Positions 30,239-40,198 are shown, numbered from the stretch's first letter. The stretch is DNA of 64,000 nucleotides from Candidatus Latescibacterota bacterium (GCA_965226795.1 CBDDDZ010000005.1:96001-160000); one strand, 5' to 3'. Notes: generated by a model from the letters alone, not told the origin. Program-made: numbers and translations.

Positions 30239-30317
30239 CTGGCTTCAGGCCTCACCGTCCGGACGGCGGCGCATTGGAGATCGAGAAATGATGCGGTACC
30301 GTCCGGCGGCATCGGGG

Positions 30318-32159
30318 TTACTGATACAACCGGTTGCCGGCGCCTACCCACCATTCCTGGGTGTCCGCGCCAATGGCATACCAGTTATCACCCGCGAAAC
30401 GCTTGCTGTAGGAAATGGCGGTGCGGGACTTCCAAAGGAACGTATATGGCTGTTCGTCGTACAGGATTTCCTGAAATCGCCGGTACAGTTGAACGCGTTT
30501 GTCCATATCGAATTCCCGGCGGTAGGTTTCCAGGATGCGGTCGACTTCCTTGTTTTTGAAACCGATGTAGTTCGATCCCTGGCCCTCGGCCTGCGAGGAG
30601 TGCCAGATCTGGTACGAATCCGGCGGCAGGCTCAGACTGCCTGTCCACCCGAGGGTGCACGCGGCGAAATCCTTTTTGCGAACCACACGGTCCAGAAATA
30701 TGGTCCAGTCGAGTTCACGCACCTTGCAGACGATTCCAATGTCCTGGAGTTCATATTGCAGGGCCAGGGCGATGTCTTTGCGAAGCTGGTTGCCGGAATT
30801 GACGAGGAATTCAAACTTTAAGGGCCTCTTCTCGCCGTCGATGGTCTTGTCCAGGATGCCGTCGTTGTCGGTATCGGACCAGCCGGCCTCATCCAGAAGG
30901 GCGAGCGCTCTGTCGGGATCGTAGGGGAGGGGTTCGAGGTTGTGGTTGTATTCGGGACGGAATTTGTGAATGGGCCCCTCAACGGTTTCCGCCAGGCCGA
31001 ACATAAGGTTCAGTACCATGCTTTCTCGGTCGGTGAGGAACGTCATGGCTTTGCGTACGCGTTTGTCGCGGAAGATGGGGTGTGCATTGTTCCAGCCGAT
31101 GTACACGTACCCCGAAGAATATACCACGCTCTTCTTGAATCGGTCCATAAAGTCCGGAGACCAGCTCTTGTCTTTGAATTGCAGGGGTCTGAGCCCGAAG
31201 TAGTCTATGTTCCCGTTCGTGAGTTCGATGAACGCGGCCTCCTGGTCGTTCACGATCTTGAAGACGACCTTCTCCACGTATCCCTTGTGCATCAGATCAG
31301 CTCGGTCGCTTCCCCAGTAGTTGGGGTTGCGGGTCAGTATAACCTTCTGCCCCGTGACCACGTCGTCTTCCCAGTCTTCCACGAGATAGGGCCCGGAGCC
31401 CAGCATGTTTCGGTGGTAACGGGTGTTGAATTTCTCGGCAAACTGCTGCACGCGCTCGGCGTGTGGGCCGCTTTCCCAGGAGCCGTCGATCAGGCTTTGT
31501 ATGTCGACAGGATCCAGCAGGCCGTCGGGGTCGTAGAAGTGTTTGGGGAGAATCTGCATGCTGCCCAGGGAGATGTTGTTCCGGAAGTAGGGTTCCTGGC
31601 AGACGAAGCTGATTCTGTATTTGCCCTCCTGCTCGACGTCGCTGATGGCCGCGTAATAATTGCGGAGCGAGGCGGCCAGAACTTTCGGGTTCTTGATGAC
31701 CTTGATGCTGAAGAGGACGTCGTCCGCCGAAAGAGGCTTGCCGTCGGCGAAATGGACGTCGTCGCGCAGGTCGAAGGTATAGGTGAGCTTGTCTTCGGAT
31801 ACCGCGGGAGGTCCTTTTGCAACCAACCCTCTGAGTTTATAGGGTGATTCGTTCTCTATGTCGAGGAGCGATTCGAAGACGTACTGATGAACCGCGGATG
31901 CGCCGGAGTCATTGGAGACGTATGGGTTGAAATTCTCCGGATCCGACAGGAAGTGGCGGACCATCCAGTCTCCGTATTCCGGTTCGGCGTCGCCGGCGTA
32001 CATGGCAGGCACTCTTTCCGTTCCATCCAGAACGATCGCCGCGGCTTTGCGTGTATCCATCAGCGTACGCTGAACCTTCTGCCAGGGGGTCTCGCCTTTG
32101 CATGCAACCGGCAAGACGAAAAAAAGCCCCAGGATTGCTAATCCGCGCCCGGTAGCCAC
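30318..32159 (-). CDS. oppA: Peptide ABC transporter substrate-binding lipoprotein (family 5)
   Basis: GTG start behind AAGGAGG, lipobox-like PVAC, YTFDLRDDVHFADG, GSGPY, DKRVRKA, YDPDRALALLDEAGW. Confidence 0.88.
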   Translation of the reverse strand: MATGRGLAILGLFFVLPVACKGETPWQKVQRTLMDTRKAAAIVLDGTERVPAMYAGDAEPEYGDWMVRHFLSDPENFNPYVSNDSGASAVHQYVFESLLDIENESPYKLRGLVAKGPPAVSEDKLTYTFDLRDDVHFADGKPLSADDVLFSIKVIKNPKVLAASLRNYYAAISDVEQEGKYRISFVCQEPYFRNNISLGSMQILPKHFYDPDGLLDPVDIQSLIDGSWESGPHAERVQQFAEKFNTRYHRNMLGSGPYLVEDWEDDVVTGQKVILTRNPNYWGSDRADLMHKGYVEKVVFKIVNDQEAAFIELTNGNIDYFGLRPLQFKDKSWSPDFMDRFKKSVVYSSGYVYIGWNNAHPIFRDKRVRKAMTFLTDRESMVLNLMFGLAETVEGPIHKFRPEYNHNLEPLPYDPDRALALLDEAGWSDTDNDGILDKTIDGEKRPLKFEFLVNSGNQLRKDIALALQYELQDIGIVCKVRELDWTIFLDRVVRKKDFAACTLGWTGSLSLPPDSYQIWHSSQAEGQGSNYIGFKNKEVDRILETYRREFDMDKRVQLYRRFQEILYDEQPYTFLWKSRTAISYSKRFAGDNWYAIGADTQEWWVGAGNRLYQ

Positions 32160-32179
32160 CGTTCGCCTCCTTGTGACGC

Positions 32180-33964
32180 TTATTGGTGAGGATAGAGGTC
32201 CAATGCCCTGTTCCAGGCGGCAATCCGCCCGGCTCGATCCGTGTCTGAAAATGGAATCGGTCGGCCGCGTCCATCCAGAATCAGGCCGGCCACGCCACCC
32301 TTCACGGTCTGGCGAATCGTCTGACCCGGTCCCGCCCCGGCATTCCATCCCGACTCGGGATGCAGAGTGACGGCGGCCTCCTGGTCCGGGCCTACGTTAA
32401 ACATTTGAAGCGCCCCGACAATAAGTTCCCCGGACACGGTGCTGTCGGAAAGGCCAATTTCGTACCTGGCGCAGACTTCTCCCGGTTTTCCCTCGCCGGC
32501 AGGGGCAACGCAGGTGCCGAGGTCGACCAGGCAGTCCCGCTCGAATACCTCGGTTGCGGCCTGTTCATTGACACCTGCCAGGACACCCAGGTGGGGCATC
32601 ATGAAGATGCTGTCAACGGCCAGTCTCGTGAACCCCTGGGGCTGGAAGGCGTCGATGAGCATGGCGGCCGACTGCGCGCGCCGGGGCGCGTGGGAAAGAA
32701 CGCCACCGCTGCCCACCAGCAGGTCCAGGTCCGGCATGTGAATCAGACTCTCGCCCGCGCCGGTCTGGTCGAAAGCGTCGGAGAGGGTGCGTTCCGTCTG
32801 TACGCCTTTAAGGCCGACAGCCAGGGCCCGGTGCTGCTCGAACGCAAGGCGCAGTGCCTCGCGGGCGATGGCCTGTTCGAGTTGCAGTTCCTCCAGAGTC
32901 TGAGGGACGGTCGTCGGACGGATCATCTTGTTCTTGACGCGGTCTCTGAGGTCGGCCTCTTCGATTTCGAACGGTACCCAGCGCATCACGTTCGGCAGCC
33001 CGGCCGCGGCCAGCACGTTGGAGATGCTGTATGACATGCCCAGATTGGCGCTTACCGTACGGTTGAATCGATCGTCGAAGACACTGAAGACGTCGGTGGT
33101 CGCCCCGCCGATGTCCACACCCAGGACGTTGATGTTCCGTCGACGGGCCACGGCCTGAATAAGCAGGCCGACCGCGCCGGGCGTGGGCATAATGGGCGCC
33201 CCCGTCCATTCCATCAGTTTGCGGTACCCGGGCGCCTGAGCCATCACGTGTTCCAGGAAGAGGTCGTGGATGACCTGGCGTGCCGGCCCGAGGTTTTCGC
33301 GTTCGAGTCGCGGGCGGATATTGTCCGTGAGTTTCAGTGCGGTTTTTTCGCCCAGAACCTGCCGAACGTTCTCCCGGGCGTCTTTGTTTCCGGCATAGAT
33401 CACCGGCAGCCGGAAGCCGGCGCCGAACCTGGGTTTGGGATCCGCCGCGGCGATGAATTCGGCGAGTTCCACCACGTGGCTCACGGTACCGCCGTCGGTG
33501 CCGCCGGAGAGAAGCACCATGTCGGGCCTTAAATGGCGGATGCGTTCGATTTTCTGGTGCGGAAGGCGGCCGTCGTTGGATGCAAGGACATCCATCACGA
33601 TGGCTCCGGCGCCGAGGGCCGCTCGTTGGGCGCTTTCGCCTGTCATTGCCTGGACGACGCCGCCCACCATCATCTGGAGGCCGCCTCCGGCGCTGCTCGT
33701 GGACACGTAGATGTCAACGCCGCGGCCGCCTGCGGCGGGCGTAATAATGCGTTCGCCGTCCAGGATGGCGCGCCCGGAGAGTTCTTCGATTTCCTGGATG
33801 GCGTTGAGTACGCCCCGGGTGACGTCTTCAAAAGGAGCTTCGACCGTGGTGGGCGCCTCGCCGCGACAGGTCTGCCGGTAGCACTCCCCCTTTTTTTCGA
33901 TCAGGATGGCCTTGGTGGTCGTGCTGCCGCAGTCTGTGGCGATAATGACGTCCGGTTTATCCAT
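32180..33964 (-). CDS. GlmL/MutL-family (glutamate-mutase accessory-like) actin-fold ATPase
   Basis: Phosphate-1 DCGSTTTK, STSSAGGGL, LLSGGTDGG, IMPTPGAV, phosphate-2 VDIGGATTDVFS, GSGGVLSHAP. Confidence 0.8.
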   Translation of the reverse strand: MDKPDVIIATDCGSTTTKAILIEKKGECYRQTCRGEAPTTVEAPFEDVTRGVLNAIQEIEELSGRAILDGERIITPAAGGRGVDIYVSTSSAGGGLQMMVGGVVQAMTGESAQRAALGAGAIVMDVLASNDGRLPHQKIERIRHLRPDMVLLSGGTDGGTVSHVVELAEFIAAADPKPRFGAGFRLPVIYAGNKDARENVRQVLGEKTALKLTDNIRPRLERENLGPARQVIHDLFLEHVMAQAPGYRKLMEWTGAPIMPTPGAVGLLIQAVARRRNINVLGVDIGGATTDVFSVFDDRFNRTVSANLGMSYSISNVLAAAGLPNVMRWVPFEIEEADLRDRVKNKMIRPTTVPQTLEELQLEQAIAREALRLAFEQHRALAVGLKGVQTERTLSDAFDQTGAGESLIHMPDLDLLVGSGGVLSHAPRRAQSAAMLIDAFQPQGFTRLAVDSIFMMPHLGVLAGVNEQAATEVFERDCLVDLGTCVAPAGEGKPGEVCARYEIGLSDSTVSGELIVGALQMFNVGPDQEAAVTLHPESGWNAGAGPGQTIRQTVKGGVAGLILDGRGRPIPFSDTDRAGRIAAWNRALDLYPHQ

Positions 33965-34304
33965 TCAGTCGGTTTTCCGACTCCACGAGAGAATCGATCA
34001 ACGTCTGCACACTCTGCCGTTTTTCGAGAAAACGCACAAATCGACCATATTCCACGCTTGAGAAGATAAGGGTGACAAAGGGTGAAAGAAAAGTCAAAAA
34101 CTGACTGCCTACGAAGTTGAACGGACGGCTGGCTTCCAGCACCATCAACGCTGGCGTGGTCATCTGCCGGCGAACCACGAATTCCGCCATTCTCGCCGCC
34201 AGAGCCCGCTCGTCCTGCGTGACGCGATCTTCAGGCGGATTGACGGCGAACGCGTGTTCGCACCAGGTTCTAAGGCGCTGCATCCGAGAGGCGGGTCTGG
34301 ACAT
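33957..34304 (-). CDS. Hypothetical protein
   Basis: 115-aa ORF overlapping both neighbours; PALMVLEASRPFNFVGSQFL motif. Confidence 0.65.
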   Translation of the reverse strand: MSRPASRMQRLRTWCEHAFAVNPPEDRVTQDERALAARMAEFVVRRQMTTPALMVLEASRPFNFVGSQFLTFLSPFVTLIFSSVEYGRFVRFLEKRQSVQTLIDSLVESENRLNG

Positions 34305-34710
34305 AGGCGATGACTTCGTCCCGATTGTCGTGAAGGCGCAAGAAACAGCCTCGAAACGGATCGAGCCGGTGTGGGCTGGCGAATGGGCTTAGAAAGACGC
34401 CGTCGGGCGCGACGGTATGACGGCGAATCCGGCTCCAGGGAATTGTCCGCCGCGCGCCCACGTGTGCAATCAGGATATGACTTTCCTGGAGCGCGTATCG
34501 CGTGGGGAGGAAGTAGCGGGACATTGAGGCCGTGAGCAGCACCGCCGACAGGAAACCGAATGCGGGCGCTTCGAATGCGATGGCAACGAGTATCGAGAGC
34601 CCCAGGATGGTGAGGATGAGCAGGGCCGTTTTCGCCGGCGGGTCATCCAGGAGGGGATGGACGGCCCAGCGGAGTTCGGAGGCCGTTCGGGGCGTCTTGG
34701 GTTTGTCCAT
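34270..34710 (-). CDS. Hypothetical membrane protein (2 TM + PH-like domain)
   Basis: Two hydrophobic helices followed by YFLPTRY...IPWSRIRR...GVFLSPF; operon position. Confidence 0.65.
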   Translation of the reverse strand: MDKPKTPRTASELRWAVHPLLDDPPAKTALLILTILGLSILVAIAFEAPAFGFLSAVLLTASMSRYFLPTRYALQESHILIAHVGARRTIPWSRIRRHTVAPDGVFLSPFASPHRLDPFRGCFLRLHDNRDEVIAYVQTRLSDAAP

Positions 34711-34802
34711 GCGTTCGGTGAATCGAGGGCGTGGCAATGTGGGGACGGCCAGGTCAAATTCGCTAGCCGGCGGGAATGCGGAGCCGACGCCGTAAAGGGT
34801 TT

Positions 34803-35678
34803 TTAAATGATGCGTCGGACGATCCGGGGTTTCTGCGCCCGGTTTCCAAAGTTCCAGGCGTCCGTTCCGTACTTCGTCGCGATGAGACGTCCGACGTCGG
34901 CCTCCTCCTCCGGAGTCAACGACGCTTCAACCATTGCGATGTCGAGGGTTTTCTCAAAGCCTCCCCGCAGGGCACGCGCGACCGTGTCGAAGTCCGCGGG
35001 TCGACCGGCTTCCGTCAGGGAGATGGTGTGGCGGTCCAATTCCCGTCGAAAGCGCTCTTTCAGGGACTGTCTGCGGTCCGGCATGAGATCGATGAGCCGC
35101 TTGTGTTCCGGGCCCAGAAGCAGCGAGCCGTGTTGAAGCAGCACGTCGCCCAGGCGTCGCTGGGCGCTGCCGATAATTTTCTTGCTATCCAGCGTCACCT
35201 CGTACTGCGTGGTGCTCGAAAAACAGGGCGACGTCAGACCCTCTCCGCGCGGCGACGAAACGGGCGTGCGGCGTGGCTCGAACTCGGCGGCCACGTCGAG
35301 CAGTCGAAGGCCAGCAACCAGGCAGGCGCTGATGTTCCGGTAGGACTCCTGTATCGAGCCGCCCAGCAGGGGATCGTCGGCCCGGCACAGCACGCTGTAG
35401 GTAAGTTCGTTCCAGTGGAGTACGGCGCGTCCGCCGCTCGGACGGCGGACAAGGTGAATACCGCGCTCCAGGCATCGATCCGCGTCGACTTCGCGACCGA
35501 TCTTCTGGGCATAGCCGAAAGAGACGGCGGGCGGCGTCCAGCCGAATGTCCGGACCGTGGGCGGTGCGGTCCCCCTCTCAACGCCGCGGACAACGGCTTC
35601 GTCCACAGCCATATTGAAAAAGGCGTTTCCTGACCGGGTGTTCAGGAAACGCCATTGACGCGATCCGGTTTCCTGCAT
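34803..35678 (-). CDS. Lipoate-protein ligase / octanoyltransferase (LplA/LipM family)
   Basis: NMAVDEA, VRRPSGGRAVLH, ELTYS, KIIGSAQRR, LQHGSL. Confidence 0.9.
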   Translation of the reverse strand: MQETGSRQWRFLNTRSGNAFFNMAVDEAVVRGVERGTAPPTVRTFGWTPPAVSFGYAQKIGREVDADRCLERGIHLVRRPSGGRAVLHWNELTYSVLCRADDPLLGGSIQESYRNISACLVAGLRLLDVAAEFEPRRTPVSSPRGEGLTSPCFSSTTQYEVTLDSKKIIGSAQRRLGDVLLQHGSLLLGPEHKRLIDLMPDRRQSLKERFRRELDRHTISLTEAGRPADFDTVARALRGGFEKTLDIAMVEASLTPEEEADVGRLIATKYGTDAWNFGNRAQKPRIVRRII

Positions 35679-35681
35679 GGT

Positions 35682-36440
35682 TCAAGAAACCCCCAACTTC
35701 TCCAACGCCTCTTTTGCCGCCATCTGTTGTGCTTCTTTTTTGCTGCGGCCCTTTCCGAAGCCCATGCGTTCACCGCCGATAAGGACCTCAACACTGAACG
35801 TTTTGTGGTGATCCGGTCCCTCTTCCGAACTGACCAGGTAGCGGGGGTGTCCCCGCCCTTCGCCCTGAGTATGCTCCAGGAGGGCGCTTTTGAAGTTGAG
35901 GTAGCTGTCGTTGGCCACAATCGCCTCGATGTTGCAGAGGAGATGGCGCTCCACGAACGCGGCCGCGGCCTTGAGGCCGCCGTCGAGGTAAATTGCGCCG
36001 AGAATGGCCTCAAAGGCGTCGCCGATGATGGAGGTTCGGTCTCGTCCACCCGCCAGGTCCTCTTCCTTGCTAAGCAGGATGTGGTGTCCGAGCCCGATGG
36101 CACGGCCCCTCTGGGCGAGAATGACTTTGCTGACGAGTACCGATTTGATCTGGGTGAGGTCGCCTTCCCTTTTGTTCTGAAATTTGCGATACAGGCTCTC
36201 GGTGACCAGCAGATCCAGTACGGCGTCACCCAGAAACTCCAGCCGTTCGTTAGAGGCGATGCTCCCTTCGTCCATAGAGTAGACGTAGGAGCGGTGTTTG
36301 ATTGCCTGGACCAGGAGGTCGGGATCGGAAAAACGATATCCGAGTTTTTCCTGAAGTTGCTCCGGAGAGTGCGCTTCTCGTTCACCCGTGAGCCAGCGCA
36401 CGACCGCATGTCGTAATATGCCAAGTCCGATAAGCTTCAC
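35682..36440 (-). CDS. rnc: Ribonuclease III
   Basis: SNERLEFLGDAVL signature, DAFEAILGAIYLDGG, dsRBD (GPDHHKTF...GRSKKEAQQ); GTG start at 36440 is approximate. Confidence 0.95.
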   Translation of the reverse strand: MKLIGLGILRHAVVRWLTGEREAHSPEQLQEKLGYRFSDPDLLVQAIKHRSYVYSMDEGSIASNERLEFLGDAVLDLLVTESLYRKFQNKREGDLTQIKSVLVSKVILAQRGRAIGLGHHILLSKEEDLAGGRDRTSIIGDAFEAILGAIYLDGGLKAAAAFVERHLLCNIEAIVANDSYLNFKSALLEHTQGEGRGHPRYLVSSEEGPDHHKTFSVEVLIGGERMGFGKGRSKKEAQQMAAKEALEKLGVS

Positions 36441-36579
36441 CCTCCAGGGTGTGAAGGCTATTCCGGATCGCCAAAAACGGTGCCAAAACGAACTCGGCCA
36501 GGGTTCCGTGCCGGAAACAGATTGTCGAAATTCGGCAGACTGGCAATGGCAACGCACGCAACGAAAATTATATAGCCGG

Positions 36580-36695
36580 GCTCCTGAGCCTGTCGAAGGG
36601 TAGCGAAAGCGGGCATTTCGACAAGCTTCAGTACACGCAACGCATGCAATGACCACGCTTGAACAAGCTCAACGAACGACTCGACAGGCTCGTTT
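36580..36695. repeat. REP-like composite repeat (CCTGAGCCTGTCGAAGGG family)
   Basis: The reverse complement shares CGTGGTCATTGC, TGTCGAAATGCCCGC and CCCTTCGACARGCTCAGG with the units at 50570 and 50954. Confidence 0.75.
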
Positions 36696-36737
36696 CGACC
36701 CGGTATCGACCTTCGAGCGGTCCGGCGATTGTGTTTT

Positions 36738-37991
36738 TTACCGGCCGTCGTATTTGCGCATGGCGAGGACCGCATTGTGCCCACCGAATCCGAAGGAGTT
36801 GTTTAAAGCCACCCGGACCGGCATTTCACGGGCCGCGTTGGGAACGTAGTCGAGGTCGCACTCCGGGTCCGGATGTTCATAGTTGATGGTGGGGGGTACC
36901 CGGCCGTGATGGATGGCCAGGAGGCAGGCTATACTTTCAATTGCGCCGGACGCGCCCAGCAGGTGGCCCGTCATGGATTTGGTGGAACTGACCGCGGCGT
37001 GTTTCGCGTGATCTCCCAGGGCGGATTTAATGGCCGCGGTTTCGTTCCGGTCGCCAATCGGGGTCGAGGTACCGTGGGCATTGATATAGTCCACGTCCTC
37101 GGGGTTCAGGCCGGCCCGGTCCAGGGCGATTCTAATGGCCCGCGCGCCGCCCTCGCCGCCCGGGGCCATGTCGGTGACGTGATATGCGTCGGCAGTGAAC
37201 CCCGCGCCCGCGATCTCGGCGTAAATCCGGGCACCCCTGCGACGCGCGTGTTCCAGTTCTTCCAGTATGAGAGTGCCGGAGCCCTCGCCGAGTACGAATC
37301 CGTCGCGCTCCATGTCGAAGGGACGACTGGCCCGCTGCGGATCCTCGTTACGCGTGGACAGCGCCTTCATTGAAGCGAATCCTCCCACCGCCATTGCGCT
37401 TATGGCCGCTTCGGCGCCGCCGGTGACCATGACGTCGGCTTCGTTGTGCCGGATCTCTCTGAAGGCGCACCCGATGGCGTGCGCGGCCGAGGAACAGGCG
37501 GACACGGTGGCATAGTTCGGCCCCTTGGCGCCGAGCAGGATGGAAACCTGCCCCGACGTCATGTCCGGTATAATCATGGGGATGAAGAAGGGGCTGATCC
37601 GCCGGGCGCCCTTCTCCATGAGGACGGTGTGCTGCTCTTCAAAGGTCCAGATGCCGCCGATTCCCGAGCCGAAAACCACGCCTATCCGGTCGGGGTTCCC
37701 GGCGTTCACGTCCAGTTCCGCGTCCGTTACGGCCATCTGCGCGCTACAGATTGCATACTGCGTGCACAGGTCGTTACGCCGCGCCAGTCTGCGGTCGAGA
37801 CCGAACCGTTCCGCGTCGAAATCCTTCAATTCGGCTCCGAATGTGACCCGGAAATCCGTCGTATCGAAACGTCTGATGGGATCGACGCCGCTTTCTCCGT
37901 TGAGCAGCGCGTCCCAGTAGGCATCGGTATTCAATCCATTCGGCGCGAGGACGCCGAGGCCCGTAACCACAACCCTTCGGTTTCCGTTCAA
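36738..37991 (-). CDS. fabF: 3-oxoacyl-ACP synthase II
   Basis: RRVVVTGLG, SACSS, INAHGTST, STKSMTGHLLGA, NSFGFGGHN. Confidence 0.96.
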   Translation of the reverse strand: MNGNRRVVVTGLGVLAPNGLNTDAYWDALLNGESGVDPIRRFDTTDFRVTFGAELKDFDAERFGLDRRLARRNDLCTQYAICSAQMAVTDAELDVNAGNPDRIGVVFGSGIGGIWTFEEQHTVLMEKGARRISPFFIPMIIPDMTSGQVSILLGAKGPNYATVSACSSAAHAIGCAFREIRHNEADVMVTGGAEAAISAMAVGGFASMKALSTRNEDPQRASRPFDMERDGFVLGEGSGTLILEELEHARRRGARIYAEIAGAGFTADAYHVTDMAPGGEGGARAIRIALDRAGLNPEDVDYINAHGTSTPIGDRNETAAIKSALGDHAKHAAVSSTKSMTGHLLGASGAIESIACLLAIHHGRVPPTINYEHPDPECDLDYVPNAAREMPVRVALNNSFGFGGHNAVLAMRKYDGR

Positions 37992-38022
37992 GGGTACCTC
38001 CCCCCGAGTTTATGGTTCGAAG

Positions 38023-38190
38023 CGGCGCGGCATCCCGCACGACATCGATGCTTCCGCGCCGGCCGTAGGAATCCGGTTCTCAGGCGAGACTCGCGTCCGG
38101 ACCCGAGGGTCGACGCGAGTCTCGGGCAGTCCGGCGTTCCGGTCCCGAGCCGGATCGCCGCATCTCCGACCAAGGGGCTATCGGAGCGGC
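38023..38190 (-). promoter_or_regulatory. Multi-hairpin intergenic structure between acpP and fabF
   Basis: Perfect 13-bp inverted repeat CGAGACTCGCGTC/GACGCGAGTCTCG (38085-38124) with an inner GACCC/GGGTC stem, plus three other GC-rich stems. Confidence 0.55.
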
Positions 38191-38193
38191 AGG

Positions 38194-38445
38194 TTATTCA
38201 TTCAGACGTTTTTTGAGATAATTCGTAACGTCGCTCACGGTCTCCAGCTTTTCGGCGTCTTCGTCGGGAACTTCCAAATCGAATTCCTCTTCGAAGGCCA
38301 TCACCAGTTCGACCGTGTCCAGCGAATCCGCGCCCAGGTCATCTATAAAATGGGCTTCCGGAGTGACGCTGTCCGCGTCCACGCCCAACTGGTCTACGAT
38401 GAGATCGACAACTTTTTGCTGAATATCTTCAGCCATGGCAACCAT
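38194..38445 (-). CDS. acpP: Acyl carrier protein
   Basis: [20 protein letters not shown]. Confidence 0.97.
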   Translation of the reverse strand: MVAMAEDIQQKVVDLIVDQLGVDADSVTPEAHFIDDLGADSLDTVELVMAFEEEFDLEVPDEDAEKLETVSDVTNYLKKRLNE

Positions 38446-38534
38446 CTCCCTTTTTTATGGCGAACGGCGGATCCCGGCGAGCGAATTGGCGCGACCCTCC
38501 GTTCACGTCTGTCGCCAGACGGTTCATGTTCGAC

Positions 38535-39281
38535 TTACATCACCATCCCGCCGTCCACAACCAGGACCTGCCCGGTGATATAGGCAGCGTCGCTCGAGGC
38601 CAGAAACGCGACCGCCGCCGCGATATCTTCGGGTTTCCCGGGCGCGCCCAGCGGAACCTGTTCAAGAATCTTCTGTTTGAGGTCTTCCGGGAGTTTATCC
38701 GTCATTTCGGTGGGTATATACCCTGGCGCGACCACGTTGGCGGTGATTCCCCTGCCGGCCAGTTCTTTGGCGGCGGTCTTGGTAAGGCCGATGAGCCCGG
38801 ATTTCGCCGCCGTGTACCCGGCCTGCCCGGGGTTTCCCACCAGCCCCGTTACTGATGAGATATTGATGATCCGCCCGGACCGCGCCCTTATCATCGGCCG
38901 CACGGCCGCCTGCATGCACAGAAACGCGCCCTTCAGATTGACGTCGAGAACGGCGTCCCAGTCGTCCGGTTTCAGTCGCATCAGCAGCCCGTCGCGGGTA
39001 ATTCCGGCGTTGTTGACCAGAACGTCCAGCCCTCCCCAGCGATCCAGAACGGTCTTGACAAAGTCCTTGACGTCAGCCGGGTTCGAAACGTCCGCCTGCA
39101 GGGCGAGCGCGCTGCCGCCGCGGCTCTCAATGGCTTCGGCGACCGCCTGCGCGCGGTCGAGGCTCCGGCTGGCGCACACCGCCACCTTTGCGCCTTCCTC
39201 CGCCAGGCGGTTGGCGATGGCCTCGCCGATGCCGCGGGATCCGCCCGTGACGATTGCGGTTTTGTCTTTGAGGCGATTCAT
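38535..39281 (-). CDS. fabG: 3-oxoacyl-ACP reductase
   Basis: TGGSRGIG, NNAGITRD, YTAAK, VDGGM; fab operon context. Confidence 0.95.
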   Translation of the reverse strand: MNRLKDKTAIVTGGSRGIGEAIANRLAEEGAKVAVCASRSLDRAQAVAEAIESRGGSALALQADVSNPADVKDFVKTVLDRWGGLDVLVNNAGITRDGLLMRLKPDDWDAVLDVNLKGAFLCMQAAVRPMIRARSGRIINISSVTGLVGNPGQAGYTAAKSGLIGLTKTAAKELAGRGITANVVAPGYIPTEMTDKLPEDLKQKILEQVPLGAPGKPEDIAAAVAFLASSDAAYITGQVLVVDGGMVM

Positions 39282-40198
39282 ATCGTAAGACTTTCCAGGT
39301 CGTCGAGAGTTCCGACCGACGAGACGGTGACACGCTTTTCGATACGTCGCATCAGGGCTTTCAACGTATTTCCCGGACCGGCTTCAATTGCGCGTTCCAC
39401 GCCTTCCGAAGCAAGCCGATTCATCGAATCCGTCCATCGAACCGGCGAGACAACCTGTTTGATAAGAAGGTCTTTGAGCAAGTCCGGATCGGTGGTTGGT
39501 TCGGCCGTCGTGTTCGGCACCACCGGGATGCGAGCCGGCGAGAAGGGCACGTTTCCGAGTGCGCCTTCCAGCGTGCCCAGCGCGGATTGCATGAGGCCGG
39601 AGTGAAAAGCACCGCTGACCTGGAGTTCCAGAACCCTCCTGGCGCCTTCTTCCGATGCTTTGCGCATGGCCCGTTTCACGGCGGTGGGCTCGCCCGAAAT
39701 CACGACCTGCCCGGGGCAGTTGAAGTTGGCGGGCACGACCATGCCGTTGGGACCGAGCGTTTGGCAGAGGTTCACGACCGCCTCGTCGCTCAGACCGATG
39801 ATGGCCGCCATCGTACCAGGGTGCATCTTCCCCGCGGCATGCATGGCCCGCCCCCGGATCCCCACAATCCGGACGCCGTCTTCCAGAGACATCACCCCGG
39901 CGGCGACCAGCGCCGCCAGTTCGCCCACGCTGTGTCCGGCCACGAAATCGGGGTGGATGCCCCTGTCTTTGAGGATTTCAAATACCGAGATGCTGTGCGC
40001 GAAGATGGCCGGCTGAGTGACGGCCGTTTGTTTCAGGGATTCTTCCGGGCCGTCGAAACAGAATGTTTTCAGTCCGGTCTCGGAGATCCGGTCGGTCAGA
40101 TTGAACACGTACTGGGCGATCGGGGAGGCACTGTAAAGATCGCTGGCCATCCCTACGTATTGTGCGCCCTGGCCGGGGAATAAGAAGGCTAAGGCCAT
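39278..40198 (-). CDS. fabD: Malonyl-CoA:ACP transacylase
   Basis: FPGQGAQ, TQPAI, GHSVGE, VSGAFHS. Confidence 0.95.
   Translation of the reverse strand: MALAFLFPGQGAQYVGMASDLYSASPIAQYVFNLTDRISETGLKTFCFDGPEESLKQTAVTQPAIFAHSISVFEILKDRGIHPDFVAGHSVGELAALVAAGVMSLEDGVRIVGIRGRAMHAAGKMHPGTMAAIIGLSDEAVVNLCQTLGPNGMVVPANFNCPGQVVISGEPTAVKRAMRKASEEGARRVLELQVSGAFHSGLMQSALGTLEGALGNVPFSPARIPVVPNTTAEPTTDPDLLKDLLIKQVVSPVRWTDSMNRLASEGVERAIEAGPGNTLKALMRRIEKRVTVSSVGTLDDLESLTI

Noticed and set aside
32180..33964. DNA mismatch repair MutL, or a glutamate fermentation operon
   Set aside because: The motifs are actin/ASKHA-type, not GHKL; the shared name is coincidental, and no mutase subunits are in the window.
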